From: a candidate division WOR-3 bacterium
Lineage (GTDB): Bacteria; Hydrothermota; Hydrothermia; B15-G9; WFZT01
Reading direction: 5' to 3'
Length of the DNA: 16,806 bases
Assembly: GCA_027053075.1 (NCBI GenBank)
Contig: JALUEE010000032.1
Coordinates: forward strand, 1 to 16,806
The notes under the pieces are model-generated. The model was given only the letters and a program-made list of their open reading frames with translations, had not been told where the DNA came from and did not search any database. Shown in pieces: positions 15,422 through 16,806 of the stretch. Position numbers and translations under genes: made by a program. Positions within the stretch are counted from its first letter, which is position 1. Every line of letters begins with the position of its first letter.

Positions 15422-16267
15422 TTGAGAACTCTTGCGATTACGATTCTAATAGCCATCACCTTTATCTGGGGCTCAACTTTTATAGTTGTAAAAGATGCGA
15501 TTCAGCACATTCCACCCTTTCTGTTCGTGTCGTTGAGATTTTTTATAGCCTCTTTGCTGCTCCTTCCCTTTCTCCCAGGGGTCAAGTACTCGTCTTTGAA
15601 AAAAAGTATTTTGGGGGGATTTCTGGTTGGAACAGCCCTATTCGGAGGCTACATTTTTCAAACCCTGGGGTTAATTTATACAACGGCCACAAAGAGTGCT
15701 TTCATTACCTCTCTATCGGTTGTCCTCGTACCTTTCGTTTCCCTGATTCTCTGGAGGAGTAAGCCAGGCATGAGAGAGGTTATCGCGCTTCTTCTCGCCC
15801 TCATCGGACTTTATCAATTAATACTTGGTCCCCATTTTCATTTCAACGGAGTGAATAAAGGAGATGTTCTAACTTTTTTCTGTGCTTTATCTTTTGCCAT
15901 CCATATTTCTCTAACGGGTTTTTATACAAAATCGATAGACCTCACAACTTTTACCTTTTCGCAGTTTCTGTACGTTGGGGTAGTATCTTTAATATTCTCA
16001 AAGCTATTTGGTGAACCGGTTATGGGGCTTAGTGGTAACCCCTTACTGGCTCTGCTATTTATAGGAGTTTTTGCGACGGCCTTCGCTTTCGTTGGGCAAA
16101 CATGGGCACAGAGACATCTCAAGGATGTTCATGCAGCCCTGATCTTTTCCCTCGAGCCTGTATTTGCCACTATTTTTGCCGTAGCCTTTGGTGGAGAAAC
16201 ACTTACTTTTAGCCAGGTTTTTGGTGGGAGCTTGATAATTCTGGGGATTTTAATTTCGGAGATTTAA
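15422..16267 (+). CDS. EamA/DMT family transporter (10 TM)
   Basis: IWGSTFIVVK, LRF, QTLGL..TTATKSAFITSL, GD, QTWAQ, ALIFSLEPVFA motifs. TTG start with AAGGGG upstream. Confidence 0.92.
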   Translation: MRTLAITILIAITFIWGSTFIVVKDAIQHIPPFLFVSLRFFIASLLLLPFLPGVKYSSLKKSILGGFLVGTALFGGYIFQTLGLIYTTATKSAFITSLSVVLVPFVSLILWRSKPGMREVIALLLALIGLYQLILGPHFHFNGVNKGDVLTFFCALSFAIHISLTGFYTKSIDLTTFTFSQFLYVGVVSLIFSKLFGEPVMGLSGNPLLALLFIGVFATAFAFVGQTWAQRHLKDVHAALIFSLEPVFATIFAVAFGGETLTFSQVFGGSLIILGILISEI

Positions 16268-16340
16268 TGGGCCCGCCAGGACTCGAACCTGGAACCCGCT
16301 GATTATGAGTCAGCTGCTCTGCCGATTGAGCTACGGGCCC
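16268..16340 (-). tRNA. tRNA with CAT anticodon, most likely tRNA-Ile2 (lysidine type); CCA not encoded
   Basis: GGGCCCG/CGGGCCC acceptor stem, D arm GCTC..GAGC, anticodon loop CTCATAA, T loop TTCGAGT, discriminator A. It lacks the initiator C1:A72 mismatch and the three G-C anticodon-stem pairs. Confidence 0.93.
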
Positions 16341-16356
16341 TTTAAAAAGCTTAAAT

Positions 16357-16385
16357 AATATATTACGCACCAGTTTTCTTGTCAA
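16357..16385 (-). promoter_or_regulatory. Sigma70 promoter of the tRNA gene
   Basis: TTGACA-N17-TATATT ending 16 nt upstream of the tRNA 5' end. Confidence 0.75.
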
Positions 16386-16499
16386 GTGAACGGCGAGCCT
16401 GTCTGAAAAATGTTCCTCTAATTATTTGTAGCTACAAGTGAATAGAGCGAGAGGAAAAGTGAGATTCAACATGTTTCTCCAAGCATGACAGGTAGCGAA

Positions 16500-16681
16500 A
16501 CTCCCTCCCTTCCCAGAGGGAAGGGAGGGCTGGGGTGGAATGGGGTGAAAAGTGATATCTTGAATTTTAAAGATTTCAAATGGGAATTCCTCTCCCTGAA
16601 TCTCTCCCACACTTGCTTCGTAAGCAGCGGACGGATATGCGTTTTGAGGTTGCGGGAGAGGTCAATCTATGGGGGTACATT
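16500..16681. repeat. Cluster C: triplex repeat unit plus degenerate copy of the cluster A mosaic
   Basis: 16500-16544 matches 15156-15200 at 40/45 nt. 16557-16681 aligns collinearly with 244-366. Confidence 0.8.
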
Positions 16682-16806
16682 AAACCCTAACTCCGTACAA
16701 ATTAAGTAATATTTTTCTCAAGGCAATACTGACTCCAAAATTCAAATCTCTCTTTTGCCCTACTTTACAGCTAATTCCCTTCTTCCTTTCCTTACTCCTT
16801 GACAAA

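Noticed and set aside
16268..16290. tRNA 3' end as an integration (att) site for an island
   Set aside because: I found no duplicate of the tRNA 3' end and no integrase in the window, and the flanking genes are housekeeping.
16422..16709. ORFs 16422-16610 (-) and 16485-16709 (+)
   Set aside because: Both are read through repeat cluster C and resemble no protein family.

Overview
Bacterial chromosomal window from a diderm (LPS-transporting) organism. GC is roughly 40% by eye. The K/E-rich proteins, PorV/FadL-like barrels and signal-peptide features suggest an FCB-related or WOR-3-like lineage, which is inference only. The window opens inside the left end of an IS3-family element (orfA N-terminus plus terminal inverted repeat). 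It then carries mostly housekeeping genes: an RCK-gated K+ channel coupled to a lone LptF/G permease, bioY, an AT-rich islet with an orphan secreted ORF, an aldehyde dehydrogenase, a long minus-strand operon (PBP1A, two outer-membrane barrels, DUF1232, ribD, COG2426 membrane protein, orphan etfB), a histidine phosphatase, a secreted alpha/beta hydrolase, an EamA transporter and tRNA-Ile2(CAT). The most notable non-annotated signals are: (1) a dispersed family of BoxC/PIT-like intrastrand-triplex repeats whose hairpin and third strand co-vary between copies, built into larger mosaic elements, with the IS3 end inserted next to one; (2) strong enrichment of Bacteroidota-type D-(S/T) O-glycosylation sequons in exported but not cytoplasmic proteins; (3) a perfect 25-bp inverted duplication centred on the ALDH stop codon; (4) a Cys-to-His change in the RibD zinc site. 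No CRISPR array, rRNA or prophage is evident.
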